Of a stretch of 64,000 nucleotides of DNA, positions 8,036 through 18,897 are shown piece after piece. This DNA comes from an uncultured Acidobacteriota bacterium. Lineage in GTDB: Bacteria; Acidobacteriota; Thermoanaerobaculia; Gp7-AA8. The first letter of the stretch is position 1; each line of letters opens with the position of its first letter. The stretch lies in contig CAWGEI010000005.1 of NCBI GenBank assembly GCA_963821585.1, positions 1,014,682 to 1,078,681 on the forward strand, written 5' to 3'. The notes beneath the pieces are model-generated. The model did no database searches, was not told where the DNA came from, and saw nothing but the letters and a program-made list of their open reading frames with translations. Position numbers and translations under genes: made by a program.

Positions 8036-10769
8036 TACACATTCCGGCCGCGTTCATCACCAGCGCGTACAACCCCGGCGTGTTCATGCGCCACATGGGG
8101 TTGGTGGACATCAGGATGACGTGGCCTTTGCCGCGGGGGACGTCGATCACCGCGGGTTTGCCGGAGAGCTCGTCGGCGCCTTCGAGCATGCCGGATAACA
8201 ACAGGTCTTTCTCAGCGAAGGAGACGACGACGCGGGGGCGGTCTTCGGGGCGGGGAAAGATGTGCTCGACGCTCCAGGGGGAGTCTTCGGGGAGTTGGAA
8301 GCCTTCTTCGCCGGGGGCGGGCTTGGGGCGTTCGGGGGTGGGGATGAAGGGGCGTCCCTGGGGGACATCGGGATCGTCTTTGCCGCCGCGGCCACTGGGG
8401 CGGGACTCGCGCTCGCGCTCTTCGCGGAAGCCGACGCTGAAGACGGGGCCGCCGGAGAAGTAGAGGGGGACGGTGTCGTCGTAGCCGGTGGCGATGGGGT
8501 GTTTCTTGTCCTTGATCGTACCGCGGACGATGGTGCCGGGGGCTTTGAGCTTGCTGGTGTCGACGACGCGCACCCAGCGCGTGAGGCCGTATTCGACGGC
8601 CCACACGGAGGTATCGCGGGCGGTGACGAGCACGCCGCCGTTCTCGACGAACTGCAGGAGGTGCTGCACGCCGCTGAGGCCGAGGCCGGGGCGCATGTCG
8701 TCGGTTTCGTCGACGCCGAGGTTAGGGGTGAGGTCGGTCTTCTTCCAGGGGAGCGGTGGGCCGGGGGTGTAGCCGTTGACGATGTCCTGCGGCCCGCCCT
8801 GGCCGCCGACGGGCGGGAAGAGGATCACGTCGTATTTCTCGCGCAGGTTGGGCATCGCCGACACGTCCTGCGTCGAGACGTAATCGTAGGGGACGTTCAT
8901 CGACTCCAGCGCCAGGCGCCACCAGCCTTCGTTCTGCGTGGATATCCAGGTGTGCAGCAGCGCGATGCGCGGCTTCTTCGCAGCCGGATCGGCAAACTGC
9001 TGCCGCACGTAAGCGACCTCGGCCAGGTTCTCCTTCACGACCGGCGCCGCTGCGGGCGCGGTGCGCGGGCGCATCTTCACCTTCAACACGTCCGCGTTCG
9101 CCACGCGGGTGACGTCGACGTTGAAGAGGTATCCGAGGGTCCAGCCGGTGTCGTCGTAGACGCGCTCTTCGCCGCGGACGTACTGGACGTCGAGGAGCGT
9201 ATCCGCGAGGCGCGAGTAGGGCTGGTCCATGCGGATGATGTAAGAGCCCTTGGCGAACTTCGTACCCGTGACCGGTTCCCCGTTGCCCGTTGCCCGGGCC
9301 TTTTCGGCCTTGGCGCCCTTGCGGGTTACGGGCAACGGGTCACGGGCAACGCTTTTCTCTTCTTTCTCGCCATCCTCGGCTTTCTTGGGAGGCCAGTTCG
9401 TCGCCATCGAGAACGCGGCGTCCGCGACGTGGATCTCGATCTCGTGGCGGTCGAGGAGCGTCAACAGCTCGTGGACCTGTCCCTGGCGTTTCTGGCCGGC
9501 GTCGATCACCCACGCGGCCGGGCCTTCGTTCGTTGCCTTGGCCACCGCGCGCTTGCCCATCGTCCAGTAGCGCTCCAGGAAGCGCTCGCGGTTTTCGGCC
9601 ATGTCGTGCAGCGCGAAGAGCAGGGCGGACTGCTGAAAGTTGATGTTGTTCCGCAGCGACCACTGCACCTCGGGCAGCGCAGGGTTCTGGCGGAACCAGG
9701 CGCGGGTGCTCTGATCGCGGACGACGCGCTTCTCCGTCGTCGGCCAGCGGTTGCCGAAGGTCTCGTAGAAACGCGCGACGGTGTTGCGGCCGGCGCCGAG
9801 CCAGAACATGTAGTTGGGCGCCCAGCCGTCCCAGAAGCCGTGCAGCCACACGCCGGGCAGGCCTCGGCGCGTCAGCTCGTCCATCTCATGGAAGCCCATG
9901 CGGTGCCACTCGTCGATCATCAGCGGGTCGAGCGCGGGGTTGAACGGGCCGGTGCCGGTGGAGATGTAGAGAAAGGGCACGGACTCGTGGAGGTCGTGCA
10001 GGACTTGCGGGTGGAACCGGTCGTAGGCCTTCATGGCGTTCCGGCTGAGGGCGAGGGCCATGGCGATCTGGTCGCGGTTGTTGTCGTGGACGACGTATTT
10101 GCCCCAGTACGCGAGCGGCGGCGTGGGCAATGTGGGGTTGGCCGCGCGGTAGCGCCAGAGGTCGACGATGCGGTTGCGGCCGTCGACTTCGAGGACGGGC
10201 GTGATGAGGGTGATGACGTTGTCGCGGATGGCGCGGATGAACGGCGTGTCCTCGACGGCGAGGCGGAACGCGAGCTCCATCAGCATCTCGGGGCTGCCGG
10301 TCTCCGGCGAGTGCATCGCACCGGTGGCGTAGTAAAACGGCTTGCCGTTGGCGATGAGCGTGCGCGCCTCTTCGTCGGTGATTTTCCGAGGATCGGCGAG
10401 CCTGCGGGTGATGTCGGCGTAGCGGTCGAGGCTGGCGATGGTCTCCTCGTTCGCGATGGCGACGACGATGAATTCGCGCCCTTCCTCGGTCTGCCCGACG
10501 GAGAACACCTTCACGCGGGGCGACGCGCTCTCGAGCGCGCGCATGTAGCGGTACACGTCCTCCGCGTAGGTGAGCTTCCCCTCGGCGCCGGCGATGTAGC
10601 CGTGGTGCTCGAGCGGGGAGGGGACGGTGTCGGATGCGGGGAGGTGGTCGACGAGCTCGGTCATGAAGCGAGGCTCAGTCGTCTGTTTACGGATCTCGTC
10701 CGTATAGGGCTGGTCGACTTGGGCGAGTGCCGTGGTGGCGACGAGGAGGAGAAGCGCGAGTTTTCTCAT
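8016..10769 (-). CDS. Secreted M14 zinc carboxypeptidase-like protein with C-terminal GATase-like domain
   Basis: Signal peptide; MHSPE (HxxE), DNNRD and DLHES zinc/substrate motifs. Confidence 0.85.
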   Translation of the reverse strand: MRKLALLLLVATTALAQVDQPYTDEIRKQTTEPRFMTELVDHLPASDTVPSPLEHHGYIAGAEGKLTYAEDVYRYMRALESASPRVKVFSVGQTEEGREFIVVAIANEETIASLDRYADITRRLADPRKITDEEARTLIANGKPFYYATGAMHSPETGSPEMLMELAFRLAVEDTPFIRAIRDNVITLITPVLEVDGRNRIVDLWRYRAANPTLPTPPLAYWGKYVVHDNNRDQIAMALALSRNAMKAYDRFHPQVLHDLHESVPFLYISTGTGPFNPALDPLMIDEWHRMGFHEMDELTRRGLPGVWLHGFWDGWAPNYMFWLGAGRNTVARFYETFGNRWPTTEKRVVRDQSTRAWFRQNPALPEVQWSLRNNINFQQSALLFALHDMAENRERFLERYWTMGKRAVAKATNEGPAAWVIDAGQKRQGQVHELLTLLDRHEIEIHVADAAFSMATNWPPKKAEDGEKEEKSVARDPLPVTRKGAKAEKARATGNGEPVTGTKFAKGSYIIRMDQPYSRLADTLLDVQYVRGEERVYDDTGWTLGYLFNVDVTRVANADVLKVKMRPRTAPAAAPVVKENLAEVAYVRQQFADPAAKKPRIALLHTWISTQNEGWWRLALESMNVPYDYVSTQDVSAMPNLREKYDVILFPPVGGQGGPQDIVNGYTPGPPLPWKKTDLTPNLGVDETDDMRPGLGLSGVQHLLQFVENGGVLVTARDTSVWAVEYGLTRWVRVVDTSKLKAPGTIVRGTIKDKKHPIATGYDDTVPLYFSGGPVFSVGFREERERESRPSGRGGKDDPDVPQGRPFIPTPERPKPAPGEEGFQLPEDSPWSVEHIFPRPEDRPRVVVSFAEKDLLLSGMLEGADELSGKPAVIDVPRGKGHVILMSTNPMWRMNTPGLYALVMNAAGMCMECGDD

Positions 10770-10781
10770 CGAGCGCGAATG

Positions 10782-11396
10782 CTATCGCGCGCACACGCCA
10801 TTGCGAACGATGTCTGAGATCTCCTCGACGACTTCCTTCGAGTCTTTCCCGAACGGCGCGTCGACGCCGAAGAGGATCTCTATGGAGAAGTAGTTGAAAA
10901 ACATGCGCGCCGTCAGCAGCAGCGCGTCCGCGGGGGAGATGTTCGGGCGGAGGCGGGACTGGATCTCCTCGAGCACGCCCTGATCGGCGAAGAACTGCGT
11001 GTAGCGCTCCGCCAGCTCGCCGTAGAACTTCTGGATGTGGGTGCCGCCGAACTCGATCACGTCGACGTAGATCAGCAGGTGGTAGGACCGGAACTGGCGG
11101 ATGCTGTCGCGGGCGGCGAAGCCGAGCTGCTCGATGTTGTCAGGGAACATGGCGCCGTAAAGGGCGCGGCGGAAGGGGAACCGCTGGGTGTCCGCGATCG
11201 CGAAGTACTCGTCGATCAGCTCGCGGAAGATGTGCTCCTTGTCCGGGAAGTGGTGGTAGACGTTGCCGGTGGAGAGCTTGGCGCGATCGGCGATCTCGCG
11301 CATGGTGGTGGCGCGATAGCCCTGATGGGAAAAGAGATGGAGCGCGGCATCGAGGACTGCGCGGCGGCTTCTCTCGGATTTTTCTTCGCGCAGCAT
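10782..11396 (-). CDS. TetR/AcrR family regulator
   Basis: LDAALHLFSHQGYRATTMREIADRAKLSTGNVYHHFPDKE HTH. Confidence 0.95.
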   Translation of the reverse strand: MLREEKSERSRRAVLDAALHLFSHQGYRATTMREIADRAKLSTGNVYHHFPDKEHIFRELIDEYFAIADTQRFPFRRALYGAMFPDNIEQLGFAARDSIRQFRSYHLLIYVDVIEFGGTHIQKFYGELAERYTQFFADQGVLEEIQSRLRPNISPADALLLTARMFFNYFSIEILFGVDAPFGKDSKEVVEEISDIVRNGVCAR

Positions 11397-11456
11397 GGGG
11401 CGGACCGCGCAGTGAACCGCATTTCCGCATGGGCGTCAATACACTTTTCGCGACCA

Positions 11457-11559
11457 GGGAAACAATAGGACCTATAAGACGAATAGGACGCATAGGACGG
11501 GCGGGTGGAGTGTGCTTGTCCTATTCGTCCTATAGGTCCTATTCGTCCTATTGTTCCCC
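11457..11559. repeat. Inverted array of 9-bp repeats (ATAGGACnn x4 / nnGTCCTAT x4)
   Basis: aacaataggacctataagacgaataggacgcataggacg ... gtcctattcgtcctataggtcctattcgtcctattgtt, in the divergent tetR/MFS gap. Confidence 0.85.
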
Positions 11560-11573
11560 TACACTGCACGGCC

Positions 11574-12791
11574 GTGCCCTCGCCGTATGCCTCCCTCAAA
11601 ATCACCGACTTCCGCAAGCTGCTCCTCTCCCACGGGACGCTGACGCTCGCGCGCGAGGCGCAGATCGTGGTCGTTGGCTGGCAGGTGTTCGAGCTGACGC
11701 GGGATCCGCTCACCCTCGGGCTGATCGGTCTGGCGGAGGCGTTGCCGTATATAGCGATCGCGTTGTACGCGGGGCATGTGGCGGACCGCGCGGAGCGGCG
11801 GACGCTGGCGATCGCGGGGACGTTCGCGCTGGTGGTGTCGGCGATCGCGCTGCTGTTGCTGACGGTCGTCCCGGGCGCGATTCACGCGCAGCGGATCTGG
11901 CCGGTGTATCTGGTCATGGCGCTGAGCGCGACGGCGCGGAGCTTCATGCGTCCCGCGGTGTTCGCGCTGTCCGCCGCGGTCGTGCCGCGCGAGCTTTATC
12001 CGAGCGCGGTGGCGTGGCGCACGTCGTCGTGGCACCTCGCGGCGGTCGCGGGTCCGGCGGCAGGCGGGATTCTGTATGGATTCGCGGGGCCGGTGCTGAC
12101 GTATGCGCTGGTGGTCGTGGTGATGGCGTTCTCGCTGGCGGCGATCGCCTCGGTCGAGCATCGGGAGAAGCCGACTCCGCCGGAAATGCCGCTGGCAGAG
12201 AGCCTGCAGAGCGGCATCCGCTTCGTGTGGCGCGAGCCGGTGCTGCTCGCGGCGATGACGCTGGATCTGTTCGCCGTGCTGTTCGGCGGTGCGGCTGCGC
12301 TGCTGCCGGCGTTCGCAACGCTCCTGGACGCCGGCCCGGAAGGTCTGGGCATGCTGCGCGCGGCGCCGGCGGCGGGCTCGATCCTGATGGGGATGTGGAT
12401 CGCGCACCGCCCACCGATGAAGCACGCCGGTTTCGCGATGTTCGCGTCGGTGGCCGCGTTCGGCGTGTGCATGCTCGGCTTCGCGCTGTCGCGCGAGCTG
12501 TGGCTGTCGTTCGCGCTGCTGTTCGCGAGCGGGGTGTTCGACAACGTGAGCGTGGTCATTCGCTCCACGCTCCTGCAGACCCGCACGCCGCCCGAGCTCC
12601 TCGGCCGCGTGTCGGCGGTGAGCCAGATCTTCATCGGCTCGTCGAACGAGATCGGCGCGTTCGAGTCCGGCCTCGCGGCGCGCCTCCTGGGCGTCGTGCC
12701 GTCGGTGCTGTTCGGCGGGTGCATGACGCTGATCGTCGTCGCCGTGGTCGCCTGGCGGTCACCTCAACTGCGCAAACTTCGGGAGATCTGA
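11574..12791 (+). CDS. MFS transporter (MFS_3/EntS-like)
   Basis: About 12 hydrophobic segments, AGHVADRAERR motif A, QTRTPPELLGRV; GTG start at 11574 after TACACT. Confidence 0.9.
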   Translation: MPSPYASLKITDFRKLLLSHGTLTLAREAQIVVVGWQVFELTRDPLTLGLIGLAEALPYIAIALYAGHVADRAERRTLAIAGTFALVVSAIALLLLTVVPGAIHAQRIWPVYLVMALSATARSFMRPAVFALSAAVVPRELYPSAVAWRTSSWHLAAVAGPAAGGILYGFAGPVLTYALVVVVMAFSLAAIASVEHREKPTPPEMPLAESLQSGIRFVWREPVLLAAMTLDLFAVLFGGAAALLPAFATLLDAGPEGLGMLRAAPAAGSILMGMWIAHRPPMKHAGFAMFASVAAFGVCMLGFALSRELWLSFALLFASGVFDNVSVVIRSTLLQTRTPPELLGRVSAVSQIFIGSSNEIGAFESGLAARLLGVVPSVLFGGCMTLIVVAVVAWRSPQLRKLREI

Positions 12792-12874
12792 ATCTCCCGC
12801 TCGTAGAAATCCGCAATCGCCGCTCTCAGGGCTGATCCGTAACCCGCCGCTGCCCCGCTATGCTCGCGGTCGAA

Positions 12875-13906
12875 ATGAAAGGCCGAGGAGCCTCCTGGAA
12901 CCCGCAGAACCGCTTCGAGACGCTCGCGTACATCCGGGACGAAGAAGCGCCGCCCGACGATACGTCGCCGCGCACGATCTACCTGCGCGATCCGACGCGG
13001 ACGATCATCGCCACGAACGACAGCCCGGACATCGGCTTCGAGGCCAGCATCAATCCGTACCGCGGCTGCGAGCACGGCTGCATCTACTGTTTCGCGCGTC
13101 CCACGCACGAATACCTCGGCTTCTCCGCGGGTCTCGATTTCGAGACGCGGATTCTGGTGAAGGAAGACGCTCCGGCGCTGCTGCGCGAGGAGCTGAACGC
13201 GAAGAAGTGGGAGCCGAAGCTGCTCGCCATCAGCGGCGTGACGGACCCGTATCAGCCGATCGAGAAGCGGCTCGGCATCACGCGCGGCTGTCTGGAGGTG
13301 CTGGCGGAGTTCCGCAATCCTGTAGCGGTGATCACGAAGAACCAGCTCGTCACGCGCGACGCGGACCTGCTGGCGGACCTGGCGCAGGACCACGCCGCGC
13401 GCGTGTTCGTGTCCATCACGACGCTCGACAACTCGCTGCAGCGGACGATGGAGCCGCGTACGTCGACGCCGGAGCTGCGTCTCGACGCCATCGCGACGCT
13501 CGCGGAGGCGGGTGTGCCGGTGGGCGTCATGGTCGCGCCGGTGATCCCCGCGCTCACGGATCACGAGATGCCGGCGATCCTCGCGGCGGCGAAGAAGGCC
13601 GGCGCGCGCTGGGCCGGCTACGTGGCGCTGCGGCTTCCGTGGGCCGTCGCGCCGCTCTTCGAGCAGTGGCTGACGGAGTATTTCCCCGATCGCAAGGACA
13701 AGGTGCTGAACCGCGTCCGCGACCTGCGCGAGGGAAAGCTGTACGACGCGAAGTGGGGCGTCCGAGGGCGCGGCACGGGCATCTTCGCCGAGCAGATGGA
13801 GGCGCTGTTCGACGTCACCTGCCGGAGACTGGGGTTGAATGAGGAAGACCGCGGGCTGTCGACGGCCGCGTTCCGGCGGCGGACGGCACAGGCTTCGCTG
13901 TTCTGA
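12875..13906 (+). CDS. Radical SAM protein, PA0069/SplB-like family
   Basis: SINPYRGCEHGCIYCFARP (CxxxCxxC), SGVTDPYQPIE. Confidence 0.9.
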   Translation: MKGRGASWNPQNRFETLAYIRDEEAPPDDTSPRTIYLRDPTRTIIATNDSPDIGFEASINPYRGCEHGCIYCFARPTHEYLGFSAGLDFETRILVKEDAPALLREELNAKKWEPKLLAISGVTDPYQPIEKRLGITRGCLEVLAEFRNPVAVITKNQLVTRDADLLADLAQDHAARVFVSITTLDNSLQRTMEPRTSTPELRLDAIATLAEAGVPVGVMVAPVIPALTDHEMPAILAAAKKAGARWAGYVALRLPWAVAPLFEQWLTEYFPDRKDKVLNRVRDLREGKLYDAKWGVRGRGTGIFAEQMEALFDVTCRRLGLNEEDRGLSTAAFRRRTAQASLF

Positions 13907-13914
13907 GGGTCACC

Positions 13915-14409
13915 ATGAAGACCGTTTTCGAAGGCGACCACGTCTACGTTCTCGAGCGCGACCACTGGCAGTACGTGGAGCGCAAGAAGGGGAAGGAAGC
14001 CGCCGCGGTGCTGGCGGAGACGGAGGATGGCGAGATCATTCTCACCGAGCAGTTCCGCCGGCCGTTGAATGCGAACGTCATCGACTTCCCGGCGGGACTC
14101 ATCGGTGACGAGGAGCCGGATACGGACGGTGCGGAGACGGCGAAGAAGGAGCTGGAGGAGGAGGCGGGGTACACGTGCGATTCCGTCGAGCTGCTCGCAC
14201 GCGGCCCGAGCTCGCCGGGGATCACGTCGGAGATCGTGAGCCTCTACCGCGCGCACGGCGTGCGGAAGACCGGGAAGGGCGGAGGCGTGGGAGGCGAGGA
14301 CATCACCGTCCACGTGATTCCGCGCGCGCGGCTGCGCTCGTTCCTGCGGGAGAAGCAGGAGCAGGGCGTGCTGACGGACCTGAAAGTCGCTCTCTGGTTT
14401 CAAACGTAG
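13915..14409 (+). CDS. NUDIX hydrolase (ADP-ribose pyrophosphatase-like)
   Basis: QFRRP, FPAGLIG...AKKELEEEAG Nudix box. Confidence 0.9.
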   Translation: MKTVFEGDHVYVLERDHWQYVERKKGKEAAAVLAETEDGEIILTEQFRRPLNANVIDFPAGLIGDEEPDTDGAETAKKELEEEAGYTCDSVELLARGPSSPGITSEIVSLYRAHGVRKTGKGGGVGGEDITVHVIPRARLRSFLREKQEQGVLTDLKVALWFQT

Positions 14410-14492
14410 GGCGTGGCTTCAGCCCGCCTCCTCGTGCAGACGCACCGTCCCCCGCCCACGAGAGGGGCGGGCTGAAGCCACGCCCTACGTTT
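14402..14492. repeat. GTAG-type REP doublet (family 1)
   Basis: AAACGTAGGGCGTGGCTTCAGCCCGCC and its perfect reverse complement, 27-bp arms. Confidence 0.9.
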
Positions 14493-14512
14493 AGTTGAGC
14501 GAGAATGAACGT

Positions 14513-15723
14513 GTGTTGAATCTCGCCGTCGCGCTGGTGCTGGCCGCGCGCGTTCGCGTCGTCGTTGTGACGCAGCCCGCGCACGAGGGGCTGCGCGCGA
14601 ACGTCATCGCCGCGCTGGACCGCGCCACGCATCGAGCCGTGGGGCGACGGGGCGGCGTTTTCGGCGGAGATCGACGCGGCCGAGCTCGAGCACTCGCGCC
14701 AGATCCGCGCGTGCGCGCCATGGCCATCGACGCCGGCGGCAGCGGCGGTCTCGCGGAAAGCCTGCCGCTCATCGGCGCGGACGTGGTGCACGCCAGGGCA
14801 TCGACGGTCACGGCATGACGGTCGCGGTGCTCGACAGCGGGATCGACTCCGATCATCCCGAACTTCGCCGGACGGATCGCGGGGCAGGCAGTGCTTCTGC
14901 GACAACTTCAACGGCTACGGGCTGTTGCCCTTCCGGCGACGTCGAGCGCCCCGGCCCGGGCTCCGCCGAGGACGGGCAGGGACGCATGGCACCGCACGTC
15001 GCCGGGGCATCGTGCGCCGGCAGCTGGCGCCCGCGACGCGACATCGTGGCGGTGAAGGTGCTCGACTCCGGAAACCGCTTCCGCAGCTTCACGCAGATCT
15101 ACCGCGCGCTGGAATGGATCGCGGACGGACCGGCCCGACGTGAAGGTGATCAACATGAGCCTCGGCTCGGACAGGCTGCTGACGGACTCGGAGTGCGAGT
15201 CGTACGCGATCGCCATCGGGATGCAGCCGGTGATCGCGCACCTGCGCAAGCGCGGGGTGCTGATCGCGGCGTCGAGCGGCAACACCAGCGCCACGGACCG
15301 CATGTGGCTGCCTGCCTGCATGGCCGACGTCCTCGGCGTCGGCGCGCCACGACGTGGCGAACAACGCGCGACGCGGTCGCAGTGACGTTCTCGAACAGCA
15401 GCGCGGGCACTCGACGTCCTTGCGCCCGGCGTGTCGATCACGTCGACCGCGGGCAAGGCGGCGGATCGACGACGCTCTCCGGAACGTCGATGGCCGCACC
15501 GCACGTGGCGGGCCTCATCGCGCTGATGAGGCGGCAAGCGACCGGCCACGATGCTGAGCCCTCCGGACTACGGTCCAGGCGCCGCGTCGTCGATTTGCGC
15601 AACGGACTGGGTTCCCAGCCGACGTCGCCGCCGACATCCGCCGCAACGGCAGTCACCGCGCCGCGCGGCATCGACGCCCTGGCCGACGATTCCCGAGCGC
15701 TCTCTCTCTCCACGCCGCGATAG
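14513..15723 (+). CDS. S8 subtilisin-like serine peptidase (frameshifted, likely sequence errors)
   Basis: AVLDSGID, HGTHVAG-like segment, VINMSLG, AASSGN and GTSMAAPHVAG are spread over several frames; start uncertain. Confidence 0.75.
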
Positions 15724-15802
15724 GCCGCCGAGGCCCACGCGCTCCGCGCCGCCGTCTCGCGGGCGCGGGTAGAGCGGCGCTTGGGACACCGTCGCCTATG
15801 CG

Positions 15803-16760
15803 TCACGTCAGCACGATCTTGCCGAAGTGCTCGCTCGCTTCCATGAGCCCGTGCGCTTCGTCCGCGCGTTCGAGCGGGAGCACGGTATGGAACACGGGCC
15901 GGATGCGGCCCGCTTCAGATCCGCGCCGAAGCGTCCGAGGAACGCGGCGACGAACGCGGCTTTGTCCTGGATGCCGTGCCCGCGAAGGGTCGAGCCGATG
16001 ATCTGCGCGCGTTTGTAGAGGAGCTTCGTCACGTCGATTTCGGCCGTGGGCTCGCCGCCCATCGAGCCGATGATGACGATGCGCCCGTCGGTGGCGAGCG
16101 CTTCGAGGTCGCGCGGGAGGTAGCGCGCGCCGATGTGGTCGAGGATCACGTTCGCGCCGCGGGCCTTCTCGACGAAGTTCGTCCGTCGCGATAGTCGATG
16201 GCCACGTCCGCGCCGTGCGCGAGGCAAGCGTGCGCACTTCTCGCGCGAGCCCGCGGTGACGATCACGCGTGCGCCGGCGAGTTTGACAGCGTCGTCGCCG
16301 CGGTGCCGACCCCGCTGCCGCCGCCGTGGATCAGAGGCGTCTCGCCCTCGCGCAGGCGCGCGAGCATGAAGAGGTTCAGGAAGGCAGTGAGGAAGACCTC
16401 CGGGATGCGCGGCCGCTTCTTCGTCGGTCAACGCATCCGGCACGTGCATCGCGGAGCCGGCGTCGCACGACCACTTCCTCCGCGTAGCCGCCGCCGGGGA
16501 GCAGCGCCATCGCGCGATCGCCGGCGCTCCAGCCGCGCACGTCCGCGCCGAGCTTCGCTGACGATGCCGGCGCATTCGAGGCCGAGGATCTCGGAGGCGC
16601 CGGGAGGCGGCGGGATAGCGGCCGGCGGCCTGCAGCAGATCGGCGCGATTGACCGCCGTGGCGCGGACGGCGATGCGCAGATCGCGCGGTCCGAGAGCGG
16701 GGCGAGGGGCGTCGCCGATGACGAGGGCGTGAGTTTCGCGTGACGAGCGATGGCGCGCAT
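15803..16760 (-). CDS. NAD(P)H-quinone oxidoreductase, PIG3 family (frameshifted)
   Basis: [39 protein letters not shown] and [12 protein letters not shown] in different frames. Confidence 0.85.
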
Positions 16761-16787
16761 GCAGAATTGAGGCTATCGTTCGCGCGC

Positions 16788-17729
16788 GTGACTGACAACC
16801 TGGCAATCGCCTGCCATCGGCCTGATGAAGCACTACCCCGACGTCAAAGCCGTCGATGGGCTCGATCTCGAAGTGTTCGCCGGCGAGTGCTTCGGCCTCC
16901 TCGGCCCGAACGGCGCGGGCAAGACGACGACCATCGAGATCCTCGAAGGACTGAACACGCCCGATGCCGGCGACGTGCGCATCCTCGGCCTGACGTGGAA
17001 CGACAACGAGCAGGAGATCTGCGCGAGCGCATCGGCGTCTCGCTGCAGGAGACGCAGTTCAGCGAGAAGATCACGGTCTACGAGACGCTGCGCCTGTTCC
17101 GCTCTTTCTATCGCCGCGGGCCGGACTCCCGAGGATCTGCTGCGGAGCCTGTCGCTGGACGAGAAGCGGAACGCGCGCGTCGGCAAGCTGTCCGGAGGAC
17201 AGAAGCAGCGCCTCGGCCGTCGCCTGCGCGCTTGTCGGCGAGCCGGACATCCTCTTTCTCGACGAGCCGACGACGGGGCTCGATCCGCAGTCGCGCCTGC
17301 AGTTGTGGGAGATCGTCACGCAGTACCGCCAGCGCGGCGGCACGGTGCTGCTTGACGACGCACTACATGGAAGAAGCGGAGCGGCTCTGCGACCGGATCG
17401 CCATCATCGATCACGGCAAGCGCATCGCCCTCGGCACGCCGACAGGAGCTGATCGCCACGTCTCGAGGCGCCGCACATCATCGAAGTTCGACCAGCCGAG
17501 CCGGAGCTCGAGGAGAGCGGACTTCGCGCGACATCGAGTGGATTTCACGGCGCGACGCGGCACGGGATCGGGATGGTCGCTGCGCGTGGACTCGCTGGCG
17601 ATCGCGGTGCCGCAGCTCCTGGCCACGATCGACGCGCGCGGCTCGAAGCTGATACGCTGCTCGACGCACGCGGCGACGCTGGAGGATCTGTTCGTGGCGA
17701 TGACGGGAAGGGAGCTGCGCGATGCCTGA
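16788..17729 (+). CDS. ABC transporter ATP-binding protein (frameshifted)
   Basis: GPNGAGKTT Walker A, LSGGQKQR signature, LDEPTTGLD at DNA level, [14 protein letters not shown]. Confidence 0.9.
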   Translation: MTDNLAIACHRPDEALPRRQSRRWARSRSVRRRVLRPPRPERRGQDDDHRDPRRTEHARCRRRAHPRPDVERQRAGDLRERIGVSLQETQFSEKITVYETLRLFRSFYRRGPDSRGSAAEPVAGREAERARRQAVRRTEAAPRPSPARLSASRTSSFSTSRRRGSIRSRACSCGRSSRSTASAAARCCLTTHYMEEAERLCDRIAIIDHGKRIALGTPTGADRHVSRRRTSSKFDQPSRSSRRADFARHRVDFTARRGTGSGWSLRVDSLAIAVPQLLATIDARGSKLIRCSTHAATLEDLFVAMTGRELRDA

Positions 17730-18800
17730 GAAGCGCCCGCCACGGAAACTTGCCACGTAAACCAACGAAGTCGCCGCTCTCGAGCTGACGGTCTTCCGCC
17801 TCAAGGAGTTCACCCGCGAGCCGGACGTGGTGTTCTGGGTCTTCGCGTTCCCGCTGCTCCTCACGCTGGCTCTCGGCTTCGCGTTCCGCGAGAAGCCGCC
17901 GGACCGGCTCCCGGTCGGCGTGAGCGCAAGGCCCGTTCGCGCAGCGATACATCGCCGCGATGCAGAAGTCGCCGTCGCTGCAGGCGCGCATCTATCCGGA
18001 GCGACTAAGGGCGGGAAGAGCTGCGCCGCGGCAAGATCTCGTTGCTGGTCGACGGCGGCGAGCGCAGCCGGTGTACCGCCTACGACCCGACGCGCCCGGA
18101 ATCGCGCACGGCGCGGGTCGAGGTGGACAACGCGCTGCAGACCGGCGCGGGGCGCCGCGACGCGTTCGCGCCGAAAGAGGAGCACGTCACCGAGCAGGGC
18201 TCGCGTTACATCGATTTCCTCGTGCCCGGTCTGCATCGCGATGAACGTGATGGGCACGAGCCTGTGGAGCTATCGGCTTCGCGATCGTGAACGCGCGGCT
18301 GAAGAAACTGCTGAAGCGCTTTCTCGCGACTCCGATGCGCAAGTCGACGTTTCTCCTCGCGCAGTTCCTGTCGCGGTTCGTGTTCCTCATCGTGGAGGTC
18401 GCGGTGGTCACGCTGTTTGCGTGGCTCGTGTTCGACGTCTCCATCCGCGGCCCGATCTGGCTCTTCTGCTTCCTCTCCCTCCTCGGCGGCGCAGCATTCG
18501 CCGGCATCGGCATTCTCGTGTCGTCGCGCGTGAGCACGCTGGAAGCCATGAGCGGCCTGATGAACGTCGTGATGATGCCGATGTGGATCTGCTCGGGGGT
18601 GTTCTTCTCCTACGAGCGCTTCCCTGACGCCGTAAAGCCGATCATCCGTGCGCTCCCCCTCACCGCGCTCGCCGACGCCCTCCGCGCCGTGATGAACGAC
18701 GGCTGCGGCATTCGCCGGCGTCCTGCCGCAGGTCATCAATCTGGTGGCGTGGGCGGTGGTGAGCTTCCTGGTCGGACTGAAGATCTTCCGGTGGAGCTGA
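17722..18800 (+). CDS. ABC-2 type permease (frameshifted)
   Basis: [35 protein letters not shown]; ends IFRWS*. Confidence 0.85.
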
Positions 18801-18897
18801 CCCCGCAGCCCCGAGCGCAGTCGAGGGGCCAACTTAGCACCTGCGCTGCGCGATCCGGGCTGCTGCTAACGTGGCCCCTCGATTTCGCTCGGGGCTG
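18801..18897. repeat. REPIN-like element, family 2, copy A
   Basis: AGCCCCGAGCGCAGTCGAGGGGCCAACTTAGCA ... TGCTAACGTGGCCCCTCGATTTCGCTCGGGGCT. Confidence 0.85.

Noticed and set aside
14500-18800. Apparent pseudogene cluster (S8 peptidase, quinone oxidoreductase, ABC ATPase and permease)
   Set aside because: Many 1-nt indels confined to a sharp block, with motifs and codon usage intact, point to low-coverage long-read error. Read pile-ups would settle it.
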